A stretch of DNA of 64,000 bases from an uncultured Clostridia bacterium (GTDB taxonomy: Bacteria > Bacillota > Clostridia > TANB77 > CAG-508): the NCBI GenBank assembly GCA_934120315.1, contig CAKOTX010000003.1, positions 3,661-67,660 on the forward strand, written 5' to 3'. The notes under the pieces were generated by a model that worked only from the letters and a program-made list of their open reading frames with translations, did not search any database and was not told the origin of the DNA. This document shows, piece by piece, positions 33,755-44,048 of the stretch. Positions within the stretch are counted from its first letter, which is position 1, and each line of letters starts with the position of its first letter. The translations under genes and the position numbers were made by a program.

Positions 33755-35167
33755 TTATGCTTTTATTTTATCATATCGTTTTTTGAAAATCAATGCAATT
33801 TCTTTTGGCTCTTCAAAATTTATATCTTTTCTTCTATATACAGCTAAAAATAAAGCTATACATAGAATATTTGAAATAGTTGTTGCTTTTCCTCCAGAAA
33901 TAAGTGGTAATTGAAATTCGGCAGTTCCAATTATTCCAAAATTCATTGCCAAATTACATAGAGTTTGTACAGCAAATAAACTTGCGATTCCAACTGCTAT
34001 TAGCCTTCCATTTGAATCCGTAATTTTTCTTGCACTCAAAATTAATTTAACATCAAACGCTAGCACAATTAATAGTAATCCCAAACTTGCAGCCCATCCA
34101 TATTCCTCTAATATTCCTAAAAATGCAAACTTACTATTAATTCCAAACATATTTTGTATGCTTGAATTATATCCTAATTCATCACTTATAGATATACTTT
34201 CCAAATCTGCTTTTCCAAACCATTTAGCATTTTCAAATATTTTCTTTCTTACAAAATCTACTCTTCTTTCTCCTACAGTATCTACTCCTACCCAATTAGC
34301 AGATGTATATGGATCTATTTTATTTCTAGCTCTTGTTGGTATAATACATATTAACGTTGATAAAATTCCAAAACCAACAATTGTTAATAATATGAGTTTA
34401 AGTGCCTTTTTAGTTTCTCTTCTTTTAAATAATTCTCTTGAAGAAATAATTAAATATACCATTGTTACAATAAATCCTGAAGAAAAATTTATAATTAATG
34501 ACGATATTATTGCTATACAACTTAATACAATTATTTTTGAGACATTTTCTTTATTTGCATTTTGTATAAATCCCACAAATGCAAGTATGTATAACGGAAC
34601 TATAAATACTGATGGTGATGTTGATGTGACTGGCCATAATCCATATACTAAGTTTCCATTTGCTCTAAAACCTTTAATATATGCTATTATATTTAATATT
34701 GTTGCTAATATAAATATTGCTTTTGAATATTTTTTAATTTTTCTGTAATCGTAGAAAAATATAAATATACTAAATATTACCCCTAAAACCAATTCTATGC
34801 ATACAAATTTATAATATATGTTCCAATCTGTAGAATAATTAGTAGTCCAATATGATTTTAAATCAAATAAAGACCAAATTTGTCCTCCAAAACATATAAA
34901 CACAAGTGATATTATAAATGTAATCCAATCTAATTTAGGTCTATGTATTTTATTTAAGCTTTTTCCAATTTTTTGTGCATCACCCATTTGTTTAACTGCA
35001 ATTTCTTCTGACTCATCTTCAGATAGCCCTTTGCAAAGATTGTCATTTTTCAATTCTTCTATGTGTGTTTCTAATTCATCAGCAATTTGTTTATTTGCCG
35101 GTTTATATTTAATTTCTTTACAAACCTTATCTATAAATTCTTTAGTATTCAAATAACACACCTCCAA
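33755..35167 (-). CDS. Membrane protein fusing a DUF1700-like N-terminal domain to a SEDS (FtsW/RodA/SpoVE)-like C-terminal domain
   Basis: N-terminus resembles PadR-associated DUF1700; C-terminus DSNGRLIAVGIASLFAVQTLCNLAMNFGIIGTAEFQLPLISGGKATT matches the SEDS C-terminal signature. Confidence 0.55.
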   Translation of the reverse strand: MEVCYLNTKEFIDKVCKEIKYKPANKQIADELETHIEELKNDNLCKGLSEDESEEIAVKQMGDAQKIGKSLNKIHRPKLDWITFIISLVFICFGGQIWSLFDLKSYWTTNYSTDWNIYYKFVCIELVLGVIFSIFIFFYDYRKIKKYSKAIFILATILNIIAYIKGFRANGNLVYGLWPVTSTSPSVFIVPLYILAFVGFIQNANKENVSKIIVLSCIAIISSLIINFSSGFIVTMVYLIISSRELFKRRETKKALKLILLTIVGFGILSTLICIIPTRARNKIDPYTSANWVGVDTVGERRVDFVRKKIFENAKWFGKADLESISISDELGYNSSIQNMFGINSKFAFLGILEEYGWAASLGLLLIVLAFDVKLILSARKITDSNGRLIAVGIASLFAVQTLCNLAMNFGIIGTAEFQLPLISGGKATTISNILCIALFLAVYRRKDINFEEPKEIALIFKKRYDKIKA

Positions 35168-35480
35168 TAACTTGATTTACTCTAGTGCTAAATTCTTTCC
35201 ATTCTTCTTTTTGGGATTTTAATTGCTTTTTTCCCTCATCTGTAATGCTATAATATTTTCTCTTTTTTCCTGAAACTTCATCCCAATATGATGATATAAA
35301 TCCTTTTTCTTCTAGTTTGTGTAATATTGGATATAATGTTCCCTCTTGAAATTCAAATAGATTTTCTGATTTTGTCTTAATTTTCTTTATCATCTCATAA
35401 CCATACATATTTTCATTTTCTAATACGCTTAATACAAGCAAATTTGTGCTTCCTTTTAATAGTTCTCTATCAACTTTCAT
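35142..35480 (-). CDS. PadR family transcriptional regulator
   Basis: YGYEMIKKI...GTLYPILHKLEEKGFI winged-helix motif; start at ATG with AAGGAGG RBS. Confidence 0.8.
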   Translation of the reverse strand: MKVDRELLKGSTNLLVLSVLENENMYGYEMIKKIKTKSENLFEFQEGTLYPILHKLEEKGFISSYWDEVSGKKRKYYSITDEGKKQLKSQKEEWKEFSTRVNQVIGGVLFEY

Positions 35481-35629
35481 TTCAATACCTCCTTTTATAT
35501 TTATACATAGGATAACTATGTGTATTATAAGCATTGTATAGCAAGGTATCTTTATTGTCAATATGTTTTTGAAATTTTTTTAATTATAAACACAATAAAA
35601 GCCCTTCTTTTCAGAAGGACTTTTATTTT

Positions 35630-37825
35630 CTATTTTTTCAACCTCAATGCGTTAAGAACAACCGTTAAGCTACTAATAGTCATAGCAAAAGCAGCAATCA
35701 TCGGATTCATAACAATTCCAAGTGGTTCTAAGACACCACAAGCAATTGGAATCATACAAATATTATAGAAAAATGCCCAAAACAAATTCTGTTTAATATT
35801 TTTAATAGTCTTTTCACTAATAGAAATTAGATCTTCTATTTTCTCTAGGTTATCATTCATTAGAACTACATTACTACTATCCATTGCAATATCTGTGCCA
35901 CTAGAAACTGAAACGCCTATATCTGCAGTAACAAGACTTACGCTGTCATTTATTCCATCTCCACACATCATAACAAGTCCCTTTTCTTTGAACTTCTTAA
36001 TTTCTTCTGCCTTTTGCTTTGGTAGTACATTTGCAATTACTTCATCTACTCCAATTTGATTTGCAATCGCCTTTGCTGTTTTTTCATTATCACCTGTTAG
36101 CATTACAACTTTAATATTTCTCTTTTTTAATTTTTGAACTATATCTTTACTTTCATCTTTTAATACGTCTTTTACCCCAATTAATGCAATTAGATTTTGA
36201 CCTTCTGCAACAAATAAAATACTATTTCCATCAGAAACTAAATTTAGTTCATCTTGTTCTTGTGAAATTGTAATATTATTTTCTAGCATTAACTTTTTAT
36301 TTCCTATTAGATATTTATTTTGGTTTATATTTGCACTAACACCATAACCAGGTATAGATTTAAATTCTTCTACATTCTCTAATTCTATCTTTTGATTTTT
36401 TGCTTCGTTTACAATTGCTCTAGCTATTGGATGTTCAGACTTATTCTCTATACTTGCAACTATTTTGATAATTTCATTTTCTTTTAAATTGCTATAATTA
36501 TATATTTTTGAAATTGTCAATTCTCCTTTAGTTAAAGTTCCTGTTTTGTCAAAACAAATTGTTTTTATCTTGTGTGCATTTTCTAAAGCTTCACTTGTTT
36601 TTATCAATATTCCTTTTTTACTTGCATTACCTGATGCTATTACTATTGCAAGAGGTGTAGCTAATCCAAGACTACATGGACATGCTACTACTAATATTGT
36701 TACAAATATGTTTATTGCAGTTGCTATATTCTTGGTAATCATAAACCATATAGCAAATGCTATTATTGCTATTACAATAATTGTTGGAACAAAATATCCG
36801 CTTATTGTATCTGCAACTTTTGCTATTGGAGCTTTTGTATTTGTTGCTTCTACAACTAGTCTAACAATCTCAGATACAGTTGATTCTTTACCTATCTTTT
36901 CTGCCTTATATTTTATAGTTCCTTCATAATTTATACTTCCTGCAATTACTTTTGAGCCTTTTTCTCTTTTTACAGGAACACTTTCTCCTGTTATAAATGA
37001 TTCGTTTATATGAGTAGTTCCTTCTACAACTTCGCCATCTACTGCAATTTTTTCTCCTGGCTTACAAATAACAATATCTCCTTTTTGAATTTCATCTAGT
37101 GTTACTGTTTCTTCTTTTCCATCTCTTATTATAATTGCATGATTTGGAGTTATACTCATTAATTGTTGTAAAGCTTCTTTAGTTTTATCTTTATTTTTGC
37201 TCTCAACATATTTGCCTATTTTTATAAAAAATATTACTATTGCTGCAGATTCATAATATAAACTTTCTACATACATTGTTTTTCCTTTAAGAATCATTAC
37301 TGTACCATATATGCTATATATAAAACTAGCCATAACTCCTATCATTACTAATGTATCCATATTAGGTGTTTTATGAACAAGATTTTTGTATCCGTTTTTT
37401 AATATGTCTATTCCCATCAATAAGACTATTATTGTTAATACCAATAATGATATTGCATAATTTACAGGATGTGTCATCATATTTAAAAATGGTATTACTG
37501 GCAATCCAACCATATGTGACATTGAAATATATAATATTAATATTGAAATAACTGAAATTCCTATTAATTTATATTTTTCATTTGACTTTTTCTTCTCTTC
37601 TTTTTCTAGATTGTCTATTCCTGCACTTGAAAAGCCTGCTTTGTCTACAAATTTTTCTACTTGTTCTAATGTTAATTTAGTGTCATCATATTCAATACTT
37701 GCATTATTCATAATTAGATTGACAGAAGCGGCTACTATTCCATCTTGTTTGTTTAAGTATTTTTCTAGTCCTGATGAACATGCACTACATGTCATTCCTT
37801 CAATTTTTAATAACACTTTTTTCAT
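35630..37825 (-). CDS. copA: Copper-translocating P-type ATPase
   Basis: N-terminal GMTCSACS HMA domain, CPC, DKTGTLT, GDGINDS motifs. Confidence 0.9.
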   Translation of the reverse strand: MKKVLLKIEGMTCSACSSGLEKYLNKQDGIVAASVNLIMNNASIEYDDTKLTLEQVEKFVDKAGFSSAGIDNLEKEEKKKSNEKYKLIGISVISILILYISMSHMVGLPVIPFLNMMTHPVNYAISLLVLTIIVLLMGIDILKNGYKNLVHKTPNMDTLVMIGVMASFIYSIYGTVMILKGKTMYVESLYYESAAIVIFFIKIGKYVESKNKDKTKEALQQLMSITPNHAIIIRDGKEETVTLDEIQKGDIVICKPGEKIAVDGEVVEGTTHINESFITGESVPVKREKGSKVIAGSINYEGTIKYKAEKIGKESTVSEIVRLVVEATNTKAPIAKVADTISGYFVPTIIVIAIIAFAIWFMITKNIATAINIFVTILVVACPCSLGLATPLAIVIASGNASKKGILIKTSEALENAHKIKTICFDKTGTLTKGELTISKIYNYSNLKENEIIKIVASIENKSEHPIARAIVNEAKNQKIELENVEEFKSIPGYGVSANINQNKYLIGNKKLMLENNITISQEQDELNLVSDGNSILFVAEGQNLIALIGVKDVLKDESKDIVQKLKKRNIKVVMLTGDNEKTAKAIANQIGVDEVIANVLPKQKAEEIKKFKEKGLVMMCGDGINDSVSLVTADIGVSVSSGTDIAMDSSNVVLMNDNLEKIEDLISISEKTIKNIKQNLFWAFFYNICMIPIACGVLEPLGIVMNPMIAAFAMTISSLTVVLNALRLKK

Positions 37826-37828
37826 ATG

Positions 37829-38035
37829 TTATTCTCCTCTGAAGCCTGCATCTTGTATAGCTTCTTTTATCTTGTCAATATTTGTTTGATTTTCATTATA
37901 TGTTATTGTTGCTTCTTTTTGTTCAAAATTAACTTCTGCCTTTTCTATTCCATTTGTGTTGTTTAATACTTTTTCTAATCTATTTGAGCATCCTGTACAA
38001 TGCATTCCTTCTATTTTTAATTTAATTTCTTTCAT
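37829..38035 (-). CDS. copZ: Copper chaperone CopZ
   Basis: GMHCTGCS HMA motif, 68 aa, immediately upstream of copA. Confidence 0.8.
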   Translation of the reverse strand: MKEIKLKIEGMHCTGCSNRLEKVLNNTNGIEKAEVNFEQKEATITYNENQTNIDKIKEAIQDAGFRGE

Positions 38036-38120
38036 TTTAAATTCCTCCTACCTTAATCTTTTTATTAATTCCATAACTTCTTTTATTGTTTCCATATTAA
38101 AATAATATTTTTCTAATCTT

Positions 38121-39944
38121 TTATTCTTCTTCCTCCTCAAATTGGCTATTATACAATTTCTCATAAAATCCACCTTTAGCAAGAAGTTCTTCATGAGTAC
38201 CTTGTTCAACAATATCACCATGATCCATAACCAAAATCAAATCAGCATTCTTAATTGTAGACAATCTATGTGCAATAATAAAAGATGTTCTACCTTTCAT
38301 TAAATTATCCATAGCCTTTTGAATTTGAATTTCTGTTCTAGTATCGATAGAACTTGTAGCCTCATCCAAAATCAATATTTTAGGGTCTGTTAAGATAACT
38401 CTAGCTATTGTCAATAATTGTTTTTGACCAGCTGAAATATTGCTTGACTCTTCATTAATTTCTGAATTATATCCATTTGGCAAAGTTTTGATATAATGAT
38501 GTACATGAGCTGCTTTTGCCGCTTCTATAACTTCATCATCTGTTGCATCTTCTTTTCCATATTTGATATTATCTTTTACAGTTCCGCCAAATAGCCAAGT
38601 ATCTTGTAATACCATTCCGAACATTTGACGAAGTTCGCCTCTTTCGAAGTCTTTTACATTGTGTCCATCAACTAAAATTCTACCATCTGTAACATCATAA
38701 AATCTCATCAATAATTTTACCATTGTTGTTTTTCCTGCTCCAGTTGGCCCTACAATAGCTATTTTTTGACCATCATGCACCTCTGCATTAAAGTCCTTTA
38801 TAACTATATTATCTGGATTATAACCGAATTTTACATGGTCAAATGTTACATTACCTTTTAAGCCATTTGTTGTTACACCTTCTTTAGCTGTTTCTACTTC
38901 ATCTTTCTCCTCTAAAAATTCAAAAATTCTTTCAGTTGCAGCAACCATAGCTTGTAACATACTTGATACTTGTGCAATTTGATTTATTGGTTGTGTAAAT
39001 TGCTTGTTATATTGTATAAAGCTTTGAATATTACCAACAGTAATTTTTCCATTGATTGCTAAATATCCACCAGCAATTGCAACACCTACATATCCTATAT
39101 TAGATATAAATCCCATTACTGGAAACATAAGTCCTGATAAGAATTGTGATCTCCATGCAGATTTATATAATTCATTATTTTCTTTAGCAAATTCTGTTCT
39201 TGCATTATTTTCTCCATTAAATGCTTTTACAACAGTTAATCCTGAATATACTTCTTCTACTTGACCATTTACATGTCCTAAATAATCTTGTTGTCTCTTA
39301 AAGTATTTTTGAGATTTTCCAACAATTATTTTTACTAAGAAAGCTCCTATTGGCATAACTATAAGTGAAATTAATGTCATTTGCCAGCTGATTGATAACA
39401 TCATTATTGCAATACCAACTAATGTACAAACTGATGTGATAATTTGTGTTACACTTTGGTTTAAGTTTGTTCCTAATGTGTCAATATCATTTGTTATAAC
39501 TGATAATACTTCTCCATTTGTCTTTTTATCATAGTAATTCATAGGCAATTTATTTATCTTTTCTGATATATCTTTTCTAAGCCTATATGTAAGTTTTTGA
39601 GATATTCTTGTCATAGTAAATCCTTGTATAAAAGAGAATAATGCGCTCAAGACATATAATCCCAATAATGTTAATAAAATTGTTCCTATTTTTCCAAAGT
39701 CAATTCCACCTGTACCATACAATTTGTTTACTAATCCATTATATATTTCAGTTGTAGCATTGCCTAAAATTTTAGGTCCAATAATTGAAAATATTGTACT
39801 TCCAACTGCAAAGATTATAACTATAATTAAACCAATTTTATATTTTGACAAATATTGTCCAATTAATTTTTTAGTTGTTCCTTTAAAATCTTTTGCTTTT
39901 TCTGTTACATGACCTGCTCTAGGTCCTCCCATTGGTCCTGGCAT
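38121..39944 (-). CDS. ABC exporter permease/ATPase subunit (heterodimer partner 2)
   Basis: 6-TM domain plus Walker A GPTGAGKTT, LSAGQKQ signature; start at ATG with AAAGGGGGG RBS 1 nt after the upstream stop. Confidence 0.85.
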   Translation of the reverse strand: MPGPMGGPRAGHVTEKAKDFKGTTKKLIGQYLSKYKIGLIIVIIFAVGSTIFSIIGPKILGNATTEIYNGLVNKLYGTGGIDFGKIGTILLTLLGLYVLSALFSFIQGFTMTRISQKLTYRLRKDISEKINKLPMNYYDKKTNGEVLSVITNDIDTLGTNLNQSVTQIITSVCTLVGIAIMMLSISWQMTLISLIVMPIGAFLVKIIVGKSQKYFKRQQDYLGHVNGQVEEVYSGLTVVKAFNGENNARTEFAKENNELYKSAWRSQFLSGLMFPVMGFISNIGYVGVAIAGGYLAINGKITVGNIQSFIQYNKQFTQPINQIAQVSSMLQAMVAATERIFEFLEEKDEVETAKEGVTTNGLKGNVTFDHVKFGYNPDNIVIKDFNAEVHDGQKIAIVGPTGAGKTTMVKLLMRFYDVTDGRILVDGHNVKDFERGELRQMFGMVLQDTWLFGGTVKDNIKYGKEDATDDEVIEAAKAAHVHHYIKTLPNGYNSEINEESSNISAGQKQLLTIARVILTDPKILILDEATSSIDTRTEIQIQKAMDNLMKGRTSFIIAHRLSTIKNADLILVMDHGDIVEQGTHEELLAKGGFYEKLYNSQFEEEEE

Positions 39945-39945
39945 A

Positions 39946-42150
39946 TTATTCCCCCCTTTCTTTACTATCATTGTCTGAAAAATCTTTGGTTAATTCTTCT
40001 TCAGATAATTGTGATAAAGCTATTTGTTTGTATGTTTCATTTGTTTTATATAATTCTTCGTGTGTTCCTTGACCTACGATTTTTCCGTCATCTAAAACTA
40101 TAATTTTATCTGCATTTAAAATTGTACTAATTCTTTGTGCAACTATAATAGATGTCTTATTTTTTGTTTTTTGTGCTAATGCTTCTCTTAATGCTGCATC
40201 TGTTTTAAAGTCTAATGCTGAAAAACTATCATCAAATACAAATATTTCTGGGTCTTTTGCAACAGCTCTAGCAATAGAAAGTCTTTGCTTTTGACCTCCT
40301 GAAACATTGTTTCCACCTTGTGCGATTTCTGATTTATATTTTTCTTGTTTTCCATTTATAAATTCTGTTGCTTGTGCTATTTCTGCTGCATTAATCATTT
40401 GCTCATCAGACATGGTTTCATCAGAATATTTTATATTAGATTCTATTGTACCTGAGAATAAAACTCCTTTTTGTGGTACAAATCCAATTATGTCTCTTAA
40501 TTCTTTTTGCGATAAATCTTTTACATTAACTCCATCAACTAGAAGTTCTCCACCTGTTACATCATAAAATCTAGGTATTAAATTTACCACTGTAGATTTT
40601 CCACTACCAGTACTTCCTATTATTGCTGTTGTTTTTCCTGATTCTGCTGTAAAGTTTATATCAGAAAGAATTTCAGCATCAGCATCTGGATATTTAAATG
40701 ATACATTCTTAAATTCAACTAATCCTTTTTTACTTGGATCTAATTTCTTTGTATTTTCTTTATCTTTTATGCTTGGTTCTGTTTCAAGTACTTTCATAAT
40801 ACGGTTTGCTGATACAGAAGCTCTTGGAAGCATTATAGATATCATTGATATCATTAAGAAGCTCATTACTATTTGCATTGCATATTGAATAAATGCTAAC
40901 ATGTCTCCAACTTGCATTACACCTTGGTCGATGTTATGACCTCCAACCCATATTATTAGGATTGAAACTCCATTCATTATAAACATCATCATTGGCATCA
41001 TAATTGACATTGCTGTATTTACAAATATATTTGCTTTCATTAAATCACTATTTGCATCATCAAATCTTTTTTCTTCTTTTTTCTCTGTGTTAAATGCTCT
41101 TATAACTGGTAAACCTGTTAAGATTTCTCTTGATACTTTATTTAGCTTATCAACCAATTCTTGTAGTTTCTTGAATTTTGGCATTGCTATTGCAAATAAT
41201 GCACCCACGACTATAATAATTGTAATAACTGCTAATCCAATAATCCAAGCCATTGAACTATTGCTTTCATTTAATACTTTTATAGTTCCACCTATACCTA
41301 TTATTGGAGCATACACAACTGTTCTAAATAACATTGCCATTAATTGTTGAATTTGCTGAACATCGTTTGTGCTACGTGTAATTAAAGATGCTGTTGAAAA
41401 TTCACGCAATTCTTTATTCGAAAAGCTTAGTACTTTGTTAAATACTTCTTCTCTTAATGTCTTAGAAAGTCTTGCACCTACACGTGATGATAACATCATA
41501 ATTGTAATTCCTGATGCCATACTTATTGCTGCTAATACTAACATTTTTAGACCAGCAATCATTATATAGTTCATTTGAATTCTATCTGTGTCAACATTTG
41601 CATCTTTGTAAAGTGTTTTTACATATGCTACTGCTGCTTGAGTTTTTATTGAGTCTTGCATTGAATCAATTTGGCTTGATGATTCTTCCAACATTTTTGC
41701 TAATTGTTCTTGTGGCATTGATTTTAAAATTTCTTTGTTTTGAACTGTTTGAGAAATAATAATTGGTTTTGTCATCAATGCTTCAAGTGCTTCTTTTTCA
41801 TCAGTTTTTAAATCTTTTATTACATAAATTTCGTCTTTATTATAATCTTCTTTTAAATATTTCTTTAATGTTCTTTCTTGTTTATTTGTTAAATCTGTTG
41901 CGCTTGCAACTGAATATTTTTCTAATATTTCATCATCACTATTTGTAAACAAAAGTATTGAATCCATGTCGTTTTTGCTGATTACTTCTGGAACTGCATA
42001 TTCAATTCCACCAGCCTGAATTCCTGTATTTACTATTTTTGATGTATAATTTGGCAATTCCAAATCAACTGTTGCTTGTACACATAACAATGCTACAATA
42101 ACTACTACTGATAGCCATGATTGTTTTAATTTTTTTAATACTTTAAGCAT
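39946..42150 (-). CDS. ABC exporter permease/ATPase subunit (partner 1) with large extracytoplasmic loop
   Basis: TM1, about 150-aa loop, 5 TM, then GSTGSGKST and VSGGQKQR motifs. Confidence 0.85.
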   Translation of the reverse strand: MLKVLKKLKQSWLSVVVIVALLCVQATVDLELPNYTSKIVNTGIQAGGIEYAVPEVISKNDMDSILLFTNSDDEILEKYSVASATDLTNKQERTLKKYLKEDYNKDEIYVIKDLKTDEKEALEALMTKPIIISQTVQNKEILKSMPQEQLAKMLEESSSQIDSMQDSIKTQAAVAYVKTLYKDANVDTDRIQMNYIMIAGLKMLVLAAISMASGITIMMLSSRVGARLSKTLREEVFNKVLSFSNKELREFSTASLITRSTNDVQQIQQLMAMLFRTVVYAPIIGIGGTIKVLNESNSSMAWIIGLAVITIIIVVGALFAIAMPKFKKLQELVDKLNKVSREILTGLPVIRAFNTEKKEEKRFDDANSDLMKANIFVNTAMSIMMPMMMFIMNGVSILIIWVGGHNIDQGVMQVGDMLAFIQYAMQIVMSFLMISMISIMLPRASVSANRIMKVLETEPSIKDKENTKKLDPSKKGLVEFKNVSFKYPDADAEILSDINFTAESGKTTAIIGSTGSGKSTVVNLIPRFYDVTGGELLVDGVNVKDLSQKELRDIIGFVPQKGVLFSGTIESNIKYSDETMSDEQMINAAEIAQATEFINGKQEKYKSEIAQGGNNVSGGQKQRLSIARAVAKDPEIFVFDDSFSALDFKTDAALREALAQKTKNKTSIIVAQRISTILNADKIIVLDDGKIVGQGTHEELYKTNETYKQIALSQLSEEELTKDFSDNDSKERGE

Positions 42151-42772
42151 TTTTATCCTCCTTTTTTATAACTCCATATTTTAAATATTCTATTTCTTTA
42201 AGAAATGTGCCTCTACATTCCTCTTTTGAAACCCCTTTAAAATTTTTTATAATTGCTTTTCTTGTAATTGCATTTAACATTTCACATATCGCCATAAAAT
42301 CTTGCTGATTTTCTACTTTTAAATTTTTGGTATTTAACAAATCACAATATTTTATGACATCTTTTGGCTTGGTGTTTTTCATTAAATCAAATATACTTTC
42401 ATCAGATGATTTAATATTTATGAATATCTGTTTAAATAAATCTTCATCTTCTTTTTTCATGAAATTTTCTATTGCCATATCATACAAGAAAATATATGTT
42501 TCAAATAAATCTCCATCTGTTTCTTGGATTTTTTCTTTTACTTTATTTGATACTCGCTCAGCATTTTCTTTTAAAAGATAAATCAGCAAATCTTCTTTGC
42601 TTTCAAAATATTGATAAAAACTGCCTCTTGCAATATCTGCATCTTCTACAATGTTTTTTATTGAGACATTTTCTATTGGAACCCTTGCAAATTCTTTCTT
42701 TGCAGCATCCAATACTTTTTGCTGTTTTTCTTTTGAAAGCTTTAAAAAAGTTTCTTTTGGCACTTCTATCAC
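42143..42772 (-). CDS. TetR family transcriptional regulator
   Basis: N-terminal HTH IKNIVEDADIARGSFYQYF; overlaps the ABC gene by 8 nt; GTG start. Confidence 0.8.
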   Translation of the reverse strand: MIEVPKETFLKLSKEKQQKVLDAAKKEFARVPIENVSIKNIVEDADIARGSFYQYFESKEDLLIYLLKENAERVSNKVKEKIQETDGDLFETYIFLYDMAIENFMKKEDEDLFKQIFINIKSSDESIFDLMKNTKPKDVIKYCDLLNTKNLKVENQQDFMAICEMLNAITRKAIIKNFKGVSKEECRGTFLKEIEYLKYGVIKKEDKNA

Positions 42773-42816
42773 TTCCCCCCATAAATATCACGTTTCCCCA
42801 TAAAACGCAAAAATAA

Positions 42817-42847
42817 CACTCTGTCATAATTATAATGACACAGTGTC
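42817..42847. promoter_or_regulatory. 31-nt near-perfect palindrome (ACACTCTGTCAT-AATTATA-ATGACACAGTGT); candidate TetR operator overlapping a -10-like TATAAT
   Basis: Inverted repeat with 11 of 12 arm positions matching, 45-75 nt upstream of the TetR start. Confidence 0.55.
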
Positions 42848-42886
42848 ATTTTGTCAACACGAATTGTGTGAATTTTTTGTGAATTA

Positions 42887-44032
42887 TTAATCACCTAAGC
42901 ATATTCCTATATCTCTAGCTGTTTTTACTAAATCATCATCCATAGTAACTTTTCTTAAATTACTTTCTGCTGTATTTCCTGAAACAGCTCCTATTTTAGT
43001 ATTTCTTCCTACAACATCTTCTAATGAAACATAATCTAATTTTCCATTTTTAATTACTGTTAGTACTCCGAATTTTCCATCTAATGCAAGCTCCATAGCT
43101 TTTGCACCATATTTTGTTGATAGAACTCTATCAAATGCTGTTGGAGTTCCACCTCTTTGCATATATCCTAAAGTTGTATTTCTAGCCTCAAGACCTGTTA
43201 ATTCTTCAAGTTGTTTTGCAACTACTTGTCCAACTCCACCAAGTTTGTTGTTATCTACACCTGCTCCATTATCTCTTTTATTTGCAACTGTAATTGTTCC
43301 ACCTTTTGGAGCTGCTCCTTCTGCTACAACTACTATACTGAATTCTTTTCCTTGAGCTCTTCTTTCATTTATCTTTTCCACTGCTTTATTTAAGTCATAT
43401 GGTATTTCTGGTATTAATGCAATATCTGCTCCTCCTGCGATTGCAGATTCTAGAGCTATCCATCCAGCATATCTTCCCATAACTTCAAGTACCATTATTC
43501 TATGATGTGTTTCACCTGTTGTATGTAATCTATCTAATGCTTCTGCTGCAACAGATACAGCTGTATTATATCCAAATGTAATTTCTGTACATGCAACATC
43601 ATTATCAATTGTTTTTGGAACACCTATTACATTTACTCCTTTTGTTGAAAAATCTCTTGCTGATTTTTGAGTTCCATCTCCTCCTAATGTGAATATACAA
43701 TCAAATCCATCTTTTTTAATGTTTTCAACACATACATCAGATAAATCTTTATATTCTACTGATCCATCTTCGTTTACTACTTTGTAATTGAACACATTTG
43801 CATTTGTTGATGAACCAATTATTGAGCCTCCTTTTGGTAATATTCCAGAAGCTGTTGAATTATTTGATGTTGCTAATTTTACAAAATTGTTTTTTAATAG
43901 TCCATTATATCCATCTATAAAACCATAACAATCTATTCCGTTATTTTCTGCTGTTTTTATAATTGCTCTAATAACAGCATTAAATCCTGATACATCTCCT
44001 CCATTTGCTAATATAGCTACTTTTCTTATCAT
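42887..44032 (-). CDS. pfkA: 6-phosphofructokinase (PfkA family, long form)
   Basis: GGDGT and PKTIDND motifs. Confidence 0.85.
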   Translation of the reverse strand: MIRKVAILANGGDVSGFNAVIRAIIKTAENNGIDCYGFIDGYNGLLKNNFVKLATSNNSTASGILPKGGSIIGSSTNANVFNYKVVNEDGSVEYKDLSDVCVENIKKDGFDCIFTLGGDGTQKSARDFSTKGVNVIGVPKTIDNDVACTEITFGYNTAVSVAAEALDRLHTTGETHHRIMVLEVMGRYAGWIALESAIAGGADIALIPEIPYDLNKAVEKINERRAQGKEFSIVVVAEGAAPKGGTITVANKRDNGAGVDNNKLGGVGQVVAKQLEELTGLEARNTTLGYMQRGGTPTAFDRVLSTKYGAKAMELALDGKFGVLTVIKNGKLDYVSLEDVVGRNTKIGAVSGNTAESNLRKVTMDDDLVKTARDIGICLGD

Positions 44033-44048
44033 CTGAATTTCCTCCCTA

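Noticed and set aside
42603-42827. 74-aa Cys/Arg-rich minus-strand ORF overlapping the TetR start and operator
   Set aside because: It overlaps the better-supported TetR gene and the palindromic operator, and no RBS was identified.
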